From contig CAVXEP010000030.1 in NCBI GenBank assembly GCA_963760795.1, positions 64,001 through 128,000 of the forward strand: 64,000 nucleotides of DNA, written 5' to 3'. Both the position numbers and the translations under genes were made by a program. The stretch's first letter is position 1; every line of letters starts with the position of its first letter. Shown here piece after piece: positions 19,554-31,544 of the stretch. The notes beneath the pieces were generated by a model that worked only from the letters and a program-made list of their open reading frames with translations, was not told where the DNA came from and did not search any database. Origin of the DNA: an uncultured delta proteobacterium. GTDB taxonomy: Bacteria > Desulfobacterota > Binatia > UBA9968.

Positions 19554-20693
19554 CTAACGCGGCGGCAGCGGCCCGGCGCCGGACAGCTTCTTGAGTGTGT
19601 CGATCACTTCAATATCGCGCGGCGTCTCCTGGATAATCTTTGCCATCGCGTCCGGCATGATCAAGTCCGCGCTTTCGCCGGTAAGCTTCTCGTATTCGGA
19701 ATGGAAGTCGCGATCCTGAAAAGCTTGAACGACCGCCTCTTTGAGAGTTTTCACTCGCGCCTGGGGCGTGCCCGGCGGCAAAACATACGGCGAACCGATC
19801 ACTCTGAATGAGCGCCACAACTTGAGGAGCTTAATTTCTTTTTCCGATTTGGCGAAGCTTTCGATCTCAGGCAAGTGGCCAAAGCGCGGGTGTTTGAGCC
19901 CCTTCGGCGCTTCGAGGATCGAGTGGAAATTCATCACGCCTTTTTCTAACCACTCGGGGTTACGCCTGAGCACCGAGGTCGGGTTGTTCGAGCGCGCATC
20001 CAACTCGCCGCGCAGCAGCGCCGCGTCCACCTCTGGAGCTGTATAGCCAGCGATAAATTTGGCATCTTTCATGCCGATCAACTGGGCAAATAGCCGTCCC
20101 GATACATAGGCGACGTGGCCGACCGATTGGGAACCAACCCGGATGCCCGAGGCCGCCCGCAGCTTTTCGATACTGTCGAGGCCGAGTTCTCTCCTCGTAT
20201 AAATGATTTGATGGCTACTGCCTTCCGAGGAGCCGAGATAGATAAATTTATCGACGTCGTACATGACGCCGGACTCACCCATAATTTGCAGCGCGACGAG
20301 ACCGCCACTGAGCGCGCCTAGAGTGAGACCGTCTGGGCGTGCATTGCCGTACATGTAATTGGCCGCTTTCCGTCCACCGCTACCGTCCATGAACTCCAAA
20401 AGGACCGTGGGGTTGCCTGGGATGTATTTGCGCAGAAAGGGAACCAGCGCTCGAACGCGGAAATCAGCCGTGCCACCCGGTGTGCCAGCGACGACCACTT
20501 TCACCGCTTTTCCCTGATAGAACGGAGTCTGCGCGAACGCAGAAAACGGCGTGATCGCCAGTATTCCAACGGCCGTCGTCACAAGCGCCAATACGAACTG
20601 ATAGAGTCTGGGCGCAACACGCATCGACATAGGTGCCGGTTGAGGCGACAGTGAAATGCGAAAACTTCCGAACCGTCTAGCTGGCATCATCAT
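19554..20693 (-). CDS. Tripartite tricarboxylate transporter substrate-binding protein (TctC/Bug)
   Basis: AQTPFYQGK, KYIPGNPT, PDGLTLG, LPPGTP; start uncertain. Confidence 0.88.
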   Translation of the reverse strand: MMMPARRFGSFRISLSPQPAPMSMRVAPRLYQFVLALVTTAVGILAITPFSAFAQTPFYQGKAVKVVVAGTPGGTADFRVRALVPFLRKYIPGNPTVLLEFMDGSGGRKAANYMYGNARPDGLTLGALSGGLVALQIMGESGVMYDVDKFIYLGSSEGSSHQIIYTRRELGLDSIEKLRAASGIRVGSQSVGHVAYVSGRLFAQLIGMKDAKFIAGYTAPEVDAALLRGELDARSNNPTSVLRRNPEWLEKGVMNFHSILEAPKGLKHPRFGHLPEIESFAKSEKEIKLLKLWRSFRVIGSPYVLPPGTPQARVKTLKEAVVQAFQDRDFHSEYEKLTGESADLIMPDAMAKIIQETPRDIEVIDTLKKLSGAGPLPPR

Positions 20694-20877
20694 TCTCCTC
20701 TGCTGGGCTAGCCGCGCTTCTCCGAAAAGTAACAAAATTCAACCTAGAATGATAGCCGCAGTGATCGCTGAGCGCGAGTTAGCGTACGAGCAAACCGCCG
20801 CCGAAACCGCGAGTGCTCAGTGATTTGAAGGCAGTACGGTTGCTTGAGCCGGCATCGCAGGCTAATCACATCCGAAG

Positions 20878-21273
20878 CTAATCCATCGGTGCTTTACCAC
20901 CCGCCTTGATCTCTTGCCCTTCGGGGCCAAAGCGGGAGTTTTCATAGGTTTCTGCCCTCGTTCCCAAGAATACATAACCCGTGTGGCTCGGCGCTTCCTG
21001 CTGGTAATATTGTCCCTTGGGAATCACGACCAAGACACCAGGAGTAATGGATTGCCGCGTTCCATCCGGGAAGTTTAGCCAGCATTCGCCCTCTAGACCG
21101 TAGAAGGTTTGATCCGCGGTATGTCTGTGCATCGGACCTTTGTCACCCGGAGGGCTATTGTGAATCCAGACATGAGAGGTAGCGGAGTTAAAAAGTAAAT
21201 TGTCATGCTTGCCACGACCGACAATTCCTTTTACAGACGGGTGCTCACTGACATCGATACGCTTAACCGGCAT
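20878..21273 (-). CDS. Cupin domain protein
   Basis: MHRHTADQTFYGLEGE, VVIPKG; GGAGG RBS. Confidence 0.8.
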   Translation of the reverse strand: MPVKRIDVSEHPSVKGIVGRGKHDNLLFNSATSHVWIHNSPPGDKGPMHRHTADQTFYGLEGECWLNFPDGTRQSITPGVLVVIPKGQYYQQEAPSHTGYVFLGTRAETYENSRFGPEGQEIKAGGKAPMD

Positions 21274-21370
21274 AAACCCCTCCATTGATTATTATTTCCA
21301 TGATGAGCATGGGATGTTCAGGCTTTGCTTATCTGATTTTTGTAGCGATTTCTCCTACCTATCGCGCGAG

Positions 21371-22346
21371 TCACTTCGCGGCGAGGGATTTTGTCGCGGC
21401 GCGGGCATAGGACCAATCACGAACCTTGGAAATATCAGGCACGGCGTCGGGCTTTAACTTGAGGGAAGAGGCGGCAAATTCCATTGCAGTTCTGATTACC
21501 GCGTCATCGACAATCATATTGTCGGGCATGTGGCTGATCAGGAATTCGTAGCTCTTAGCAGCTTCGTCTTCCGGCACTTCGAGATAGCTTTTCAGGAACG
21601 TTATCATTTCGGACTTTCGTTGCTTGACGTCTCGGATTCCTCCGGCGACGCCGCGGAGAACGGCAAGAACCAAATCGCGGTTCGCGGAGAAGTAATCTGG
21701 CAACCCAGAGATTCCGTTCGTTGGATAGCGCACATAATCGGGACCCCAGGCGAGACGATTGTAACCCTGCCGTTCAGGGGCGTAGTTCATCGGGATGATC
21801 ATGAGAGCCGCGTCGACGAACCCCGCCGCCATCGCGCCGCTGCGCGTTTCGCTTCCGCCGACGGCTATGTAAGTCACGTCTCGATCCGGATCGAGACCGC
21901 TGCGCGCCACGATCTCACGGACAACCAAGGTGCTCATGCTACCCAACGAACTCACGGCAATTTTTTTGCCTTTCAAATCATTCATGCTTTTGATCTGCGG
22001 CCGGCCCACTAGAACATAGGGAGCGTTATCAACGTTGACCGCCACGGTGCGAATCGGCAGGCCTCGAACCGAGGCAAGAATCGCGGTTGGGATGATGCTC
22101 ATGAAGTTCAGTTCACCCGCCATAGTTGCCTTGATGATAACATCGCTCTGGCGAATCGTGATCAACTTGACATCCAACCCCTCCCGCTTGAAATGACCTT
22201 GCCTGATGCTCATTTCAAAGGCCAAAGTAGCCATGGTTCTCCCGGTCATTCCGATCGTCACGGGTCGAAGCTTTTGGCAGAAGCCTGACGTAGGTAAGCA
22301 AAGTGCGACCAGAGCGAATGAAAATCACCAGCTCACATCGTTTCAT
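21371..22346 (-). CDS. NitT/TauT ABC substrate-binding protein (frameshift ~22320 in signal peptide)
   Basis: GHFKREGLDV, DLKGKKIAVSS; upstream FALVALCLPTSGFC joins ATG 22346 after one indel. Confidence 0.85.
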
Positions 22347-22538
22347 GAAGATATTCCTAATTGGTGATCGTAGCGACTCGCCGACGTCGCGCCGCTGACG
22401 GCAACCTTGCCGTTGTGGGTGGTCGTCGCGAGCAAACTATTTCTAAACGATGTTGAGAGAATCACGCCTCGCATCATCGTTGGCACTCTCCTCGTTGTCC
22501 TCGGCACAATCGCCATCTCGCCGACAAGAGTGTGATGT

Positions 22539-23947
22539 TCACGGCTGGTTCAAGCCGGTTTCGCCTTCCGCCAAATCGTTCATCAGCTCGGCCACGGACG
22601 CGAGTTTTTCTAACGCGCGCGCTTTGCCGATGACTTTATCCTGGCGTGCCGACGGCATTCTCCCACGCGCACAAGCGCGGAATTTGGCCTCGACTTCGGC
22701 CGGCGACATGGGATTGTTGGGATGGCCTTTGGGAAAAATGACCTCGACTTCCCGGCTCTCGCCGCTTTGCAAAATCAGTTTCACCACGGCCGGGTAGCTG
22801 CCGGGCGTGTACTTGTTCAAACTCGCGTCGGTGCGGACCGAGACTCGCGCCATCGCTTCTCTCATTTCGGGTTGCAACCAGCGCCCCGGGGCAAATTGCC
22901 CTTCAGAAATTTCGCCGTCCGAAAGCGCCGCTGCCGCGAGATAGTAGAAGCTATGATCCGCGCTTTCGCGGCTTTCCGGGTAGCGCCGTTGTTGGTCCGC
23001 CGCTTGAGTGCTGACGATCGGGATATCGGCCATCACCACCTCGATGCGCTTAACTTCTCGCGCCGGGTCGGCGATGCCGGCGCGCGCTTGAAGCACGCCG
23101 GCGACCATGGTCTGGGCCGTGCCGATACAGGGATAGGCTTTGATAGCGGAGGTCAGGATGCGATAGCGTTCGCCGATCGGTTGAGCGAGAAGATCCAATT
23201 TTGCCCCAGCGAGCATGCCGGTGCTCAGCCCGCGCGGGTGTTCGATCACCCCTAGTGATCCGGTCACACCCTCGGCGGCAAACAACGAACACAGTACCGC
23301 TTGGGATGCCACCATTGCGTTGGCGTTCGCTTTGGAATTGGCCAGCTGCCCGGTGCGCACGACGGCGAGCGTGTTGCCATGGGTGGCCGACAGCGCCGCC
23401 GCATGGGCAAGCTGCTCCGGGTTCAATCCCATCAGCCGGCCGGCGATCAAAGGCGCCGCCAATGCCGACGCGGTCGTGTGATCCCAGGTGCCGCGAGCCG
23501 GAATGATGTCCTGCATGCGGCAGTAAATCTCGTAGCCGAGCGCTACGCTGGCGATCACGCTCAGCCCTGAGGCGCCAAACTTTTCACCGACGGAAAGCGC
23601 CACCGCGATATTGTCGCTCGGATGGCCCATCTGTCCGGGACCGATGTAGGCATCGTTCAAGTCCAGCGAGCGAATCAAAATTCCATTGAGCAACACGGCC
23701 TGCGGCAGATTAAACCGCCGCGATGAACCGATCACGGTGCAGTCCGGGTTGCCGCCGAGTTGGCAAGCACGCGCGACGCGCGGGCAAATGCCGGCTCCTC
23801 GGTCGCGGCCAAAGCGCAGCCGATGGCGTCAAAAATCAGCGCCTTGGTATGCTCAACGACCTCCAATGGAATTGCCGCAGCGGCAACGCTGAGCACGTTG
23901 CCGGCGATTTGTTGCACCAGGGTAGCTGGTAAATCAGTGCTGGCCAT
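22539..23947 (-). CDS. MmgE/PrpD family protein (frameshift ~23760)
   Basis: IFDAIGCALAA in 23732-23947; LDLND...GHPSDN, KAYPC, KGHPNNPM in 22539-23735. Confidence 0.88.
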
Positions 23948-24277
23948 AGATCACGAAAAGCTTTACTCCGAGTTGGCCCGAGTCGCAACACGCTTTTTCT
24001 GATCGGCGTGCTGCCCCGTTTCCAATTCGAGACTGACACAAAATCTTTGCGAACGGTTACGAAGAGCAAAACCGACAGAAACGTCAAGCTTCAAGACTCG
24101 ACCGCGAAGCTTGCCCCGAAGCTATCCATTACCATTACGTGATGGCGGGTCAATTCATGGCAGCGGTATTTGCACGGAGCAAGAAAGTCGAGAAGTAAAT
24201 GTCTAACCCGGTGATTTCCTCCGTCTTTAAATTGACTACTCACCGGATCAGCGCTATAGCTTGCTTCAGAAAAAAGG

Positions 24278-25594
24278 GTGTTTAAATTAATCTATGGATC
24301 TTTCGTGAACAGCTTGTGTCGTCGGGTGCTGGCACTGGCGCTTGCCGGAGCGGCAATCGCTGGCAGCGGCTGTTCGACCATTCTAGCCGTGCGCGAACAG
24401 CAACGGCGCGCGGACCGGAACGCCGTCATCAGTGGGACGGTGACGACCGATCATGAACCGCGGGGTCCTATCATCGTTGGGATCCTGGCCCAGGGTAAGT
24501 CGGGTCCGTTCCTCCTCGACCACTTCGTGACGCAGAAGCCAGGCCCTTGGATCTTTGCCGTAGAGCCCGGGACGTACTGGCTCGCGGCGTTCGAGGACAT
24601 CAACGGCGACGGTCGCTACGACGAAGAACCGGCCCTTCGTTCCGACCCGAACCAGCCCATTGCGCTCGCAAGCGGTCAGAAGCTGGAAGGTGTCAAGCTG
24701 CGTATTCCGTTGCAGGGGCGCTTCACACGCGACAAGTTTACCCTAAGCGACCTCCAGGCCCGCGATACCGCCGACCAGGACCGCGTCAGTGTGTTCGCCC
24801 TCAGTGTGGCCGGCCAGGTGACGACCCTCGCCGATCCGCGCTTCAGCCGCGAGGTTGCCACCAAGGGTATGTGGCAGTTCTACGACTTCCTGCTCGATAC
24901 CCGACCCGGCATCTACTTTCTTCAGGAGTACGATCCGAAAAAAATCCCGGTGCTCTTCGTCCACGGAATCGCTGGGACACCGCTAGACTTCGCGCCGCTG
25001 ATCGACAGGCTGGATCGCACGCGTTTCCAACCTTGGGTCTTCTACTATCCTTCCGGAGCCCGCTTGGAGAGTCTAGCCGCTCTATTGACCCAACTCTTCG
25101 TTCGCCTTCGCGTGCAGTACGGCTTCGACCGGGCGGCGGTCGTCGCGCACAGCATGGGCGGGCTCGTGACACGCGGGTTCTTGCTACAAGACTACGACAC
25201 CAACGCAGCCGATGTTGTACGCGCCTACGTGACGATCTCCTCACCTCTGGGCGGTATGGCCTCGGCCGGCAAAGGCGTGGAGTCGTCCCCGATCGTCGTT
25301 CGTTCGTGGTACGGGCTGGCCCCCGGCAGCGAGTATCTCGACGGACTCTTCTACGAGGACCCGGCCGGAAAGACCAAACGCCGCCGCCTGCCCAAGACCA
25401 TGAGTTATCACCTGCTGTTCGGATTTCGTGGCTCGGGGCCCGACGACGGGATCGTTGCGTTGTCGAGCCAGCTTCGACCAGAGGCGCAAGCGGAAGCTCG
25501 CACGGAGCGTGGCTTCGACGAAACTCACACGAGCATCCTGCAAAGCGCCGCCGTTGCCGATTACTTGAACGAAGTCCTCGCGGCGCTGCGCTGA
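24278..25594 (+). CDS. Lipoprotein lipase/esterase (alpha/beta hydrolase) with N-terminal beta domain
   Basis: Lipobox GSGC; VLFVHG, AHSMGG, DDGIV, HTSIL. Confidence 0.85.
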   Translation: MFKLIYGSFVNSLCRRVLALALAGAAIAGSGCSTILAVREQQRRADRNAVISGTVTTDHEPRGPIIVGILAQGKSGPFLLDHFVTQKPGPWIFAVEPGTYWLAAFEDINGDGRYDEEPALRSDPNQPIALASGQKLEGVKLRIPLQGRFTRDKFTLSDLQARDTADQDRVSVFALSVAGQVTTLADPRFSREVATKGMWQFYDFLLDTRPGIYFLQEYDPKKIPVLFVHGIAGTPLDFAPLIDRLDRTRFQPWVFYYPSGARLESLAALLTQLFVRLRVQYGFDRAAVVAHSMGGLVTRGFLLQDYDTNAADVVRAYVTISSPLGGMASAGKGVESSPIVVRSWYGLAPGSEYLDGLFYEDPAGKTKRRRLPKTMSYHLLFGFRGSGPDDGIVALSSQLRPEAQAEARTERGFDETHTSILQSAAVADYLNEVLAALR

Positions 25595-25836
25595 CGACGC
25601 CGCGAAGGTGCGGCCATGGACTCGCGGATGGCGCGGCATCATCTTTCCCCATCAAACGTTGGTAGAGTTGGGCAAGTCGGACACATGACAGGACCGACAT
25701 CGTAGATCTTAGAGGCCGCTTTTCGCGCTCAAAAAGGCACGTCTAAGCTCTTATGCGACGCCTTTTATGCTATCTTCTCGCTTGAATTTAAACAGTTGTG
25801 CCGGTCCGATCCGGCGATTTCCCCTGAGGTAGAATC

Positions 25837-26820
25837 ATGCTGCGCTTGACGCTGGCCGCGGGCCACTATGATCGGACGGAGGCGCTCCGTGACGGTCGGG
25901 TGCGGGCAGAGGGCATCGACTTGACCTACATCATGCTGCGCGTGGAGGAAATTTTCTGGCGCATGGCTCAGCACCGCGAGTTCGACGCCTCGGAGTTCTC
26001 CCTGGGTGGGTATGTCGTGCGCCGCGGTCGGGGCGCCGACGACCTGGTCGCGATCCCGGTTTTTCCGTCACGCTTCTTCCGGCAGTCGTGCATCTTCGTC
26101 CACGAGGGCTCGGGCGTCCGCAGCGCGGAGGACCTTCGTGGCAAGCGCGTCGGCGTACCCGAGTACCAGATGACGGCAGCGGTGTGGGCGCGCGGCATCC
26201 TGGCAGACGACTACGGGGTGCGCGCGGCCGACGTTGAATGGGTGCAAGGCGGGCTCGAAGAGCCCGGTCGCATTCCATTCGAGCCCGCCGAGCCCGCGGG
26301 AGTCACGGTTGGCTTCGCGCCCGCGGATCGCTCGCTGGCGCAAATGCTGGAGAGTGGAGAGATCGACGCGCTGGTCACCGCCAGGACGCCCTCGACCTTT
26401 CAACGGAGTGGCACGGCGGTGCGGCGGCTCTTCGAGCACCCGTTCGAGGTCGAGCGCGACTATTTCCGCCGAACTGGCATTTTCCCCATCATGCACACCC
26501 TGGTGGTCAAGAAAGAGATACTCGAGGCCAACCCCTGGGTGGCGTTTACGCTGTTTAAGGCGTTCTCGGAAGCCAAGGATCTGGCGATGGCCGACCTGAC
26601 CCAGACAAGCGCGCTGCCACTCAGTCTACCGTTCCTGATCGAGCACGCCTACCAGACCTCAGACCTGATGGGCGAAGACTTCTGGCCATACGGACTTGAG
26701 AGCAATCGGCACACACTCGAAACGTTCGTACGCTACATGCACGAGCAAGGTCTGATTCCAGAGCCGATGGCGCTCGAAACCCTGTTCCCGGAGAGCACGC
26801 AGCGGACGTTCAGAGTGTGA
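25837..26820 (+). CDS. 4,5-dihydroxyphthalate decarboxylase-like protein (SBP fold)
   Basis: YDRTEALRDG, AIPVFPSRFFR, GIFPIMH, DFWPYG. Confidence 0.85.
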   Translation: MLRLTLAAGHYDRTEALRDGRVRAEGIDLTYIMLRVEEIFWRMAQHREFDASEFSLGGYVVRRGRGADDLVAIPVFPSRFFRQSCIFVHEGSGVRSAEDLRGKRVGVPEYQMTAAVWARGILADDYGVRAADVEWVQGGLEEPGRIPFEPAEPAGVTVGFAPADRSLAQMLESGEIDALVTARTPSTFQRSGTAVRRLFEHPFEVERDYFRRTGIFPIMHTLVVKKEILEANPWVAFTLFKAFSEAKDLAMADLTQTSALPLSLPFLIEHAYQTSDLMGEDFWPYGLESNRHTLETFVRYMHEQGLIPEPMALETLFPESTQRTFRV

Positions 26821-27048
26821 CGCGAAGCGGAATCGTTACAGCATACAAAGAACGTGGCTATCGGCTCCGCGAAACCGCGGCGCATCCGACGGTGAGACGA
26901 CGACTCAAACTAATGAAGGTGCGAAGCGGGAATGTGTGATGGCAAGACCTGATCCCAGAGCGTTGGTTTTCTATTTTACCGCCGTCTGTGCCAGTAAAAA
27001 TCAAGTTGCGAGCCGGAACTCGGCAACCATGAGGATGGTTAATCAAGG

Positions 27049-27900
27049 ATGCGCTATCTAATTATCGTGGCCTGTTTGTTGATTTTGCCTGCTAAGACTG
27101 CCGCAGAGCTAGTCACTTTTCCTGGTGCTGTGGCGGATGGGTATTCGGCAGTTTCAGAGGTGAAGGGAGATCTGGATCTTCCCGAAGCGAAGGCCGGAGC
27201 CAAGCTCCCAGTGGTGCTCATTCTGCACGGGAGCGCGGGCATTGACGGGCGCGGCGAGTTTCATGGAAAGGCACTCAATGCGGCAGGAATCGGTACCCTG
27301 GAGATCTTCATGTTTTCTCGCGGCAACCGACCTCGTGCAGCGAGGAACCAGAACCTTACGCACATGTATGGTGCGTTAAAGTATCTGGCCAGCCGACCGG
27401 AAATCGACCCGGGACGCATTGGCGTAATGGGTTTTTCGTGGGGAGGCGGACTCACTCTGGCTGCGGCCTCCGCAAGTGTTACGCAGCTATTCACGGGCGG
27501 GCAGCTGCGCTTTGCCGCTCATGCGCCATTCTATCCCGTCTGCTGGTCCCAACTTAGGATGACGTCTGACCCCAAGGCATCAAGTTATGGCAGGTACAAC
27601 ACCCTCACGGGTGCTCCCGTCCTGATGTTCGCGGGCGGTGAGGACGATTATGACGAGCCAGACACTTGCCAAAAATTCATTGCTTCGCTTGGCGAAACTG
27701 CGCGGAGCCATGTTGCCCTCAAATATTATCTCAAGGCCACGCACGGCTGGGACATTCAGGAGCGGGCACGAGTGTTCTATGAGAACTCGGCTGCGCTCGG
27801 TCGAGGAGGCAAGGTGCGCATGACTCCCAATCGGGAAGTTGCGGAGGACTCGCGTCGAACCCTTGTAGAATTTTTCGTCCAGCACCTGAGGGTGCCCTGA
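27049..27900 (+). CDS. Exported dienelactone hydrolase family protein
   Basis: Signal peptide; LHGSAG, GFSWGG, ATHGWD. Confidence 0.88.
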   Translation: MRYLIIVACLLILPAKTAAELVTFPGAVADGYSAVSEVKGDLDLPEAKAGAKLPVVLILHGSAGIDGRGEFHGKALNAAGIGTLEIFMFSRGNRPRAARNQNLTHMYGALKYLASRPEIDPGRIGVMGFSWGGGLTLAAASASVTQLFTGGQLRFAAHAPFYPVCWSQLRMTSDPKASSYGRYNTLTGAPVLMFAGGEDDYDEPDTCQKFIASLGETARSHVALKYYLKATHGWDIQERARVFYENSAALGRGGKVRMTPNREVAEDSRRTLVEFFVQHLRVP

Positions 27901-28127
27901 ATGCTTTGACGCCGAACAGCGGAATGGTCCTACCACCAAGAAGCTCTACGACACTCGCCTAAACAATTCTCGATTCCGCCATGTGCTGGGGTGCGCTGAC
28001 GGCGGAACGGCATCGGGCATGGCTACCCAGGCGAACATCTAAATTTTCTCTTTGGCATTTTTCTGTTGCGCCTTTCACGATCGGTTGCCAGGACCAACTT
28101 CTTCAGTCGAGTTAGGCTCGCAGGCCG

Positions 28128-29060
28128 CTATTTTTTTTCGCCCCTGAGGTGATAGAGGTCATTCAGCTTCCGGCGAAATGCTTCCTCGCCTCCGGGCAGC
28201 GCGTCGAATTTTGTCGTACCGTCTGTTTGTCGGAGGATTTTCTGCCCTTCATCGTCCTGGTGCATGCTCAAAAGTATCTCTTTGAGGCGCTTTATAACTG
28301 CGTCGGGCAGATTCCTGCGCACCGATACGAGGTGCCGCGGCACCGATCCGCTCTCGACGAGAACTGCGAGGCGGGCTTTACTCGTCTCGTCTAAACTCGC
28401 ATAGTCCTCGTTACTGATTGCTCCTGCCGCCACTTTCTCTTCGCGCACCAGTTTAACGACATTTTTTTCCGAACCGGCAAAAATGTAACCGATTTCGCCC
28501 ACCGAGAGCTTGGCTGAGAGATCCGGTTTTTCCGCCACCCGGAAGCGCTTCTCAAATAGCAAGAGCTTCGGCAGAAAATAACCAGATGTCGATCCAGGAT
28601 CTTCGAAAGCGATCATCTTGCCGAGTAGATCTTCGAGACGAGTGATGCGGCTTGCCCTGTTCGTGAAGATGACACCCCGATACTCGCTCATGCCGCCTTT
28701 CCAACGTCTGAGCAATAGCCTGCCAGTGCCAGTGCGGTTGATGAGATAAGTGGGAAATGGACTTTCCAGGTAGAAATCAACCTCCGCCCGCTCAACTAAT
28801 TCTATGAGCTGGGAGATGTTGCCCGCGACGGTAACGGTACTCTTAATCTCCCCACTCGGCGCAAGTTTACGACCGGCATACTCCACGAGAGGACGAAAAT
28901 GCTCCGCCACCCGCTCCGGTGCGCTCTGGTAGACCACTCCGAGGGTGAGCGCTTTTATGCTTACAGTTGGTTTTACTTGTGCTTCGGTTTTTGGTCCCGC
29001 GATGAGCAGGAGCGTGACGATGAGAAATGCTACGTAAACGCAAGCCAATCGCTTTTCCAC
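28128..29060 (-). CDS. Phosphate/phosphite/phosphonate ABC substrate-binding protein (PhnD-like)
   Basis: DLLGKMIAFEDPGSTSGYFLP; paralog of 49707-50645; GTG start inferred. Confidence 0.85.
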   Translation of the reverse strand: MEKRLACVYVAFLIVTLLLIAGPKTEAQVKPTVSIKALTLGVVYQSAPERVAEHFRPLVEYAGRKLAPSGEIKSTVTVAGNISQLIELVERAEVDFYLESPFPTYLINRTGTGRLLLRRWKGGMSEYRGVIFTNRASRITRLEDLLGKMIAFEDPGSTSGYFLPKLLLFEKRFRVAEKPDLSAKLSVGEIGYIFAGSEKNVVKLVREEKVAAGAISNEDYASLDETSKARLAVLVESGSVPRHLVSVRRNLPDAVIKRLKEILLSMHQDDEGQKILRQTDGTTKFDALPGGEEAFRRKLNDLYHLRGEKK

Positions 29061-29178
29061 GGCGCGCTCTCGGCAGGTTTGGCAAGACCAGCATGGGCTG
29101 CCGAGATTCGCGTGCTCAATGCCAACGCGTTGACAATAGCGCTGCGGAAACTGGCGGCACTTGCCGATGCCTACAAGT

Positions 29179-30267
29179 CTACAGGTCGTAGAGTTCTTTC
29201 GCATTGTAGTGGAGGATTCGATCTTTGGTCTCCTCGCTAATGTTGGTCCGTTGTTTTAGTACGGATATCGCGTCGACCTCGCTCGACGGGTCGGTGTGTC
29301 CATAATCGGTGCCAATAACCAAACAGCGCTCGCCGGCGTAGTTGAGAACGTAACTCAAGTCATCGTCTGTCTGGCACGTCACGAAAACCTTGTATTCACC
29401 GAACAGGTCTTCAGGGAACGCCTTGCCCAATCTTTTGTGGCGCAACACCGCCTCGTTGTAGATCCATGGTATCCATTGAGCGCAGGTCTCGATGAATCCC
29501 CATCGGACCTTCGGGAAGACGCTCGGCAGTTCGCTCACCAGAAAATTAAAGCACGAGATAACCGTCGGTGCCCTGAACATCGCGAAGCGATTGGCCGGGG
29601 TGTCCCTGAACAGATCAACATTTGTCGGATTCCCGTTGGCGATGTGCAGTGCGATCGCCAAATTGAGCGTGCTGGCATGTTCATATATGGGATAGAAGTA
29701 AGGGTCGGTCATGTGCCGATCCCCCTCGATAGGGCGTATGCAAACCGCGACCGCCCCATGCTCCTTGGCGATACTCATTTGCTCGATCGCTTCGTCCATG
29801 GCGAGAGTCGGAATGACGCAGGACCAGCGGAGACGACCGCCGGCTTTTTCCCAGATGTCGGCAAGCCACCGGTTCCAACTCCTGCAAAGCGCTGTTTCCA
29901 CCTCGGGCTTTTGCGAAACCTGCTCGATCCACAACGTGTTATGGAGGACCTGGATCTCGATCCCGAGTTCATTCATATGCCTCAATCGAAGGTCGACGTC
30001 AGCCATTTCGCGGGACGCTTGCGGCGTTTCGACCTTTCTCCCCGAGCGTTCCGACAACTCGCGAAGCTGTCGTTCCGTAAAGGTTGGGAAGCGAAACCCG
30101 CGGATCTTATCGTCGATCACCCAGTATTCGCGACCCGGTTCGTCAGGCGATGAGAATAGGCGCGGCCGGAACTTCCGTTCAGACGCCTCGAGGTAGTCCC
30201 ATGTGTGCTCTGTTTCGATAACATGGGCATCTGCATCAATGACGTCGAGATTGGTTCTTTCGGTCAT
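29179..30267 (-). CDS. Amidohydrolase 2 family protein
   Basis: IDADAHVIE, ALHIA, GTDYGHTD. Confidence 0.9.
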   Translation of the reverse strand: MTERTNLDVIDADAHVIETEHTWDYLEASERKFRPRLFSSPDEPGREYWVIDDKIRGFRFPTFTERQLRELSERSGRKVETPQASREMADVDLRLRHMNELGIEIQVLHNTLWIEQVSQKPEVETALCRSWNRWLADIWEKAGGRLRWSCVIPTLAMDEAIEQMSIAKEHGAVAVCIRPIEGDRHMTDPYFYPIYEHASTLNLAIALHIANGNPTNVDLFRDTPANRFAMFRAPTVISCFNFLVSELPSVFPKVRWGFIETCAQWIPWIYNEAVLRHKRLGKAFPEDLFGEYKVFVTCQTDDDLSYVLNYAGERCLVIGTDYGHTDPSSEVDAISVLKQRTNISEETKDRILHYNAKELYDL

Positions 30268-30641
30268 TTCTCACCTCCCTTTCTTTGCCATTTTCTACTG
30301 CGCTGGCACAACCCTTTCCTTCTGTCGGGAGCTATATCTTCGAACCGGCGAACCGTCAAGCGCGAGTGTTCGATGCTGTGAAAACGAGAATCTCCGAGGA
30401 CGATCGCTGCTGATGGACTGCGCGACTTTGAGGAAAGCCGGGACCGGCGTTGTCATTGCGCGCACCGACAAGGCTGGAGCGGTCCGTCAGCAATCGGAGG
30501 GGCAGGATAGACGGCCATTCAGCTTTCCCGACCCTTGCATATTAATTCCGCGGCTTGACTGACCATGAACTCCGCGACTAAAAGAGTCGTAGTCACTCAC
30601 CGCGCGCCTGCTTCTTATCGCCAGCCGAAAGGAGTCGGATT

Positions 30642-31202
30642 ATGTTTGAATCGGATCGATTTATCGAGGATTGTCGCCGGTGCCTTGGAGAACAAAATTC
30701 CCACGCTGCGGTGCGTGAAGTCGTCGGCAGAGCGGTGAGTGAACCGGGCCCGATTCTCAAGACGCTGGGAGAGCCGAGACTCTCCGGCATCCAGACGCTC
30801 TACCGCTCTGACACATTGACGATTTTAAACGTCCTGTGGGGACCCGGGATGACTCTATACCCCCATGACCATCGAATGTGGGCGGTGATCGGAATCTACA
30901 GCGGGCGGGAGGAAAACTCGTTCTACCACAGGAGCGAAAGCGGTCTCCAGGCGCACGGCGCAAAGACGCTCGACCTCAAAGAAACTCTGCCGCTTGGCGA
31001 AGCGGTCATCCACGCAGTCACCAATCCGCTCGACCGCATCACAGCGGCGCTCCACGTCTACGGCGGCGACTTCTTCACCGTGCCGCGCAGCGAATGGGAT
31101 CCGCAAACGTTTCAGGAGCGGCCCTTCGACATCGAGCACGCCAAAGAAGTATTTGCCGAAGCGAACAAGCGCTTAGTTTCCCCCGACGCGGTTTCGCGTT
31201 AA
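30642..31202 (+). CDS. Cysteine dioxygenase-like cupin
   Basis: PHDHRMWAVIGIY, IHAVTNP, ALHVYGGD. Confidence 0.82.
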   Translation: MFESDRFIEDCRRCLGEQNSHAAVREVVGRAVSEPGPILKTLGEPRLSGIQTLYRSDTLTILNVLWGPGMTLYPHDHRMWAVIGIYSGREENSFYHRSESGLQAHGAKTLDLKETLPLGEAVIHAVTNPLDRITAALHVYGGDFFTVPRSEWDPQTFQERPFDIEHAKEVFAEANKRLVSPDAVSR

Positions 31203-31544
31203 ATACCAAAGAGAAAGCTGCAAGCGCTGCGGAGATGCGGGAATTGGAATACTCAGTTTCGCGGCTGCACTTGGATTGAAACCCCGCGGCATGCCTAGAA
31301 AGGTTCACGTTCCCAGTTTCCAGCCCTAAGTTTTCAGTGCCTGTGCAGTGATTCGGAAAGTTTATTGTCGCTGCCACCAAAAGAGTGGCCGTAAAAGGAC
31401 AACCCGCAAACCGAATTGCGAAATGGCCGCTGCATTCTACCCTTCGTGCCCGCTCGTGGTAAGGTTACCAAGACAAAACGACGCATCCTTCACAATCCTG
31501 CAGATAAGTATGGGATGTCAGTCGCATAGGCACAGGAGAAACCG

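Noticed and set aside
24547-25665. 372-aa Arg-rich ORF and similar long alternate-frame ORFs (e.g. 34203-35231, 29296-30153)
   Set aside because: Alternate-frame or antisense products of GC-rich genes that have clear family motifs
29089-29160. ModA-like fragment AWAAEIRVLNANAL on the plus strand
   Set aside because: Too short to support beyond a possible relic
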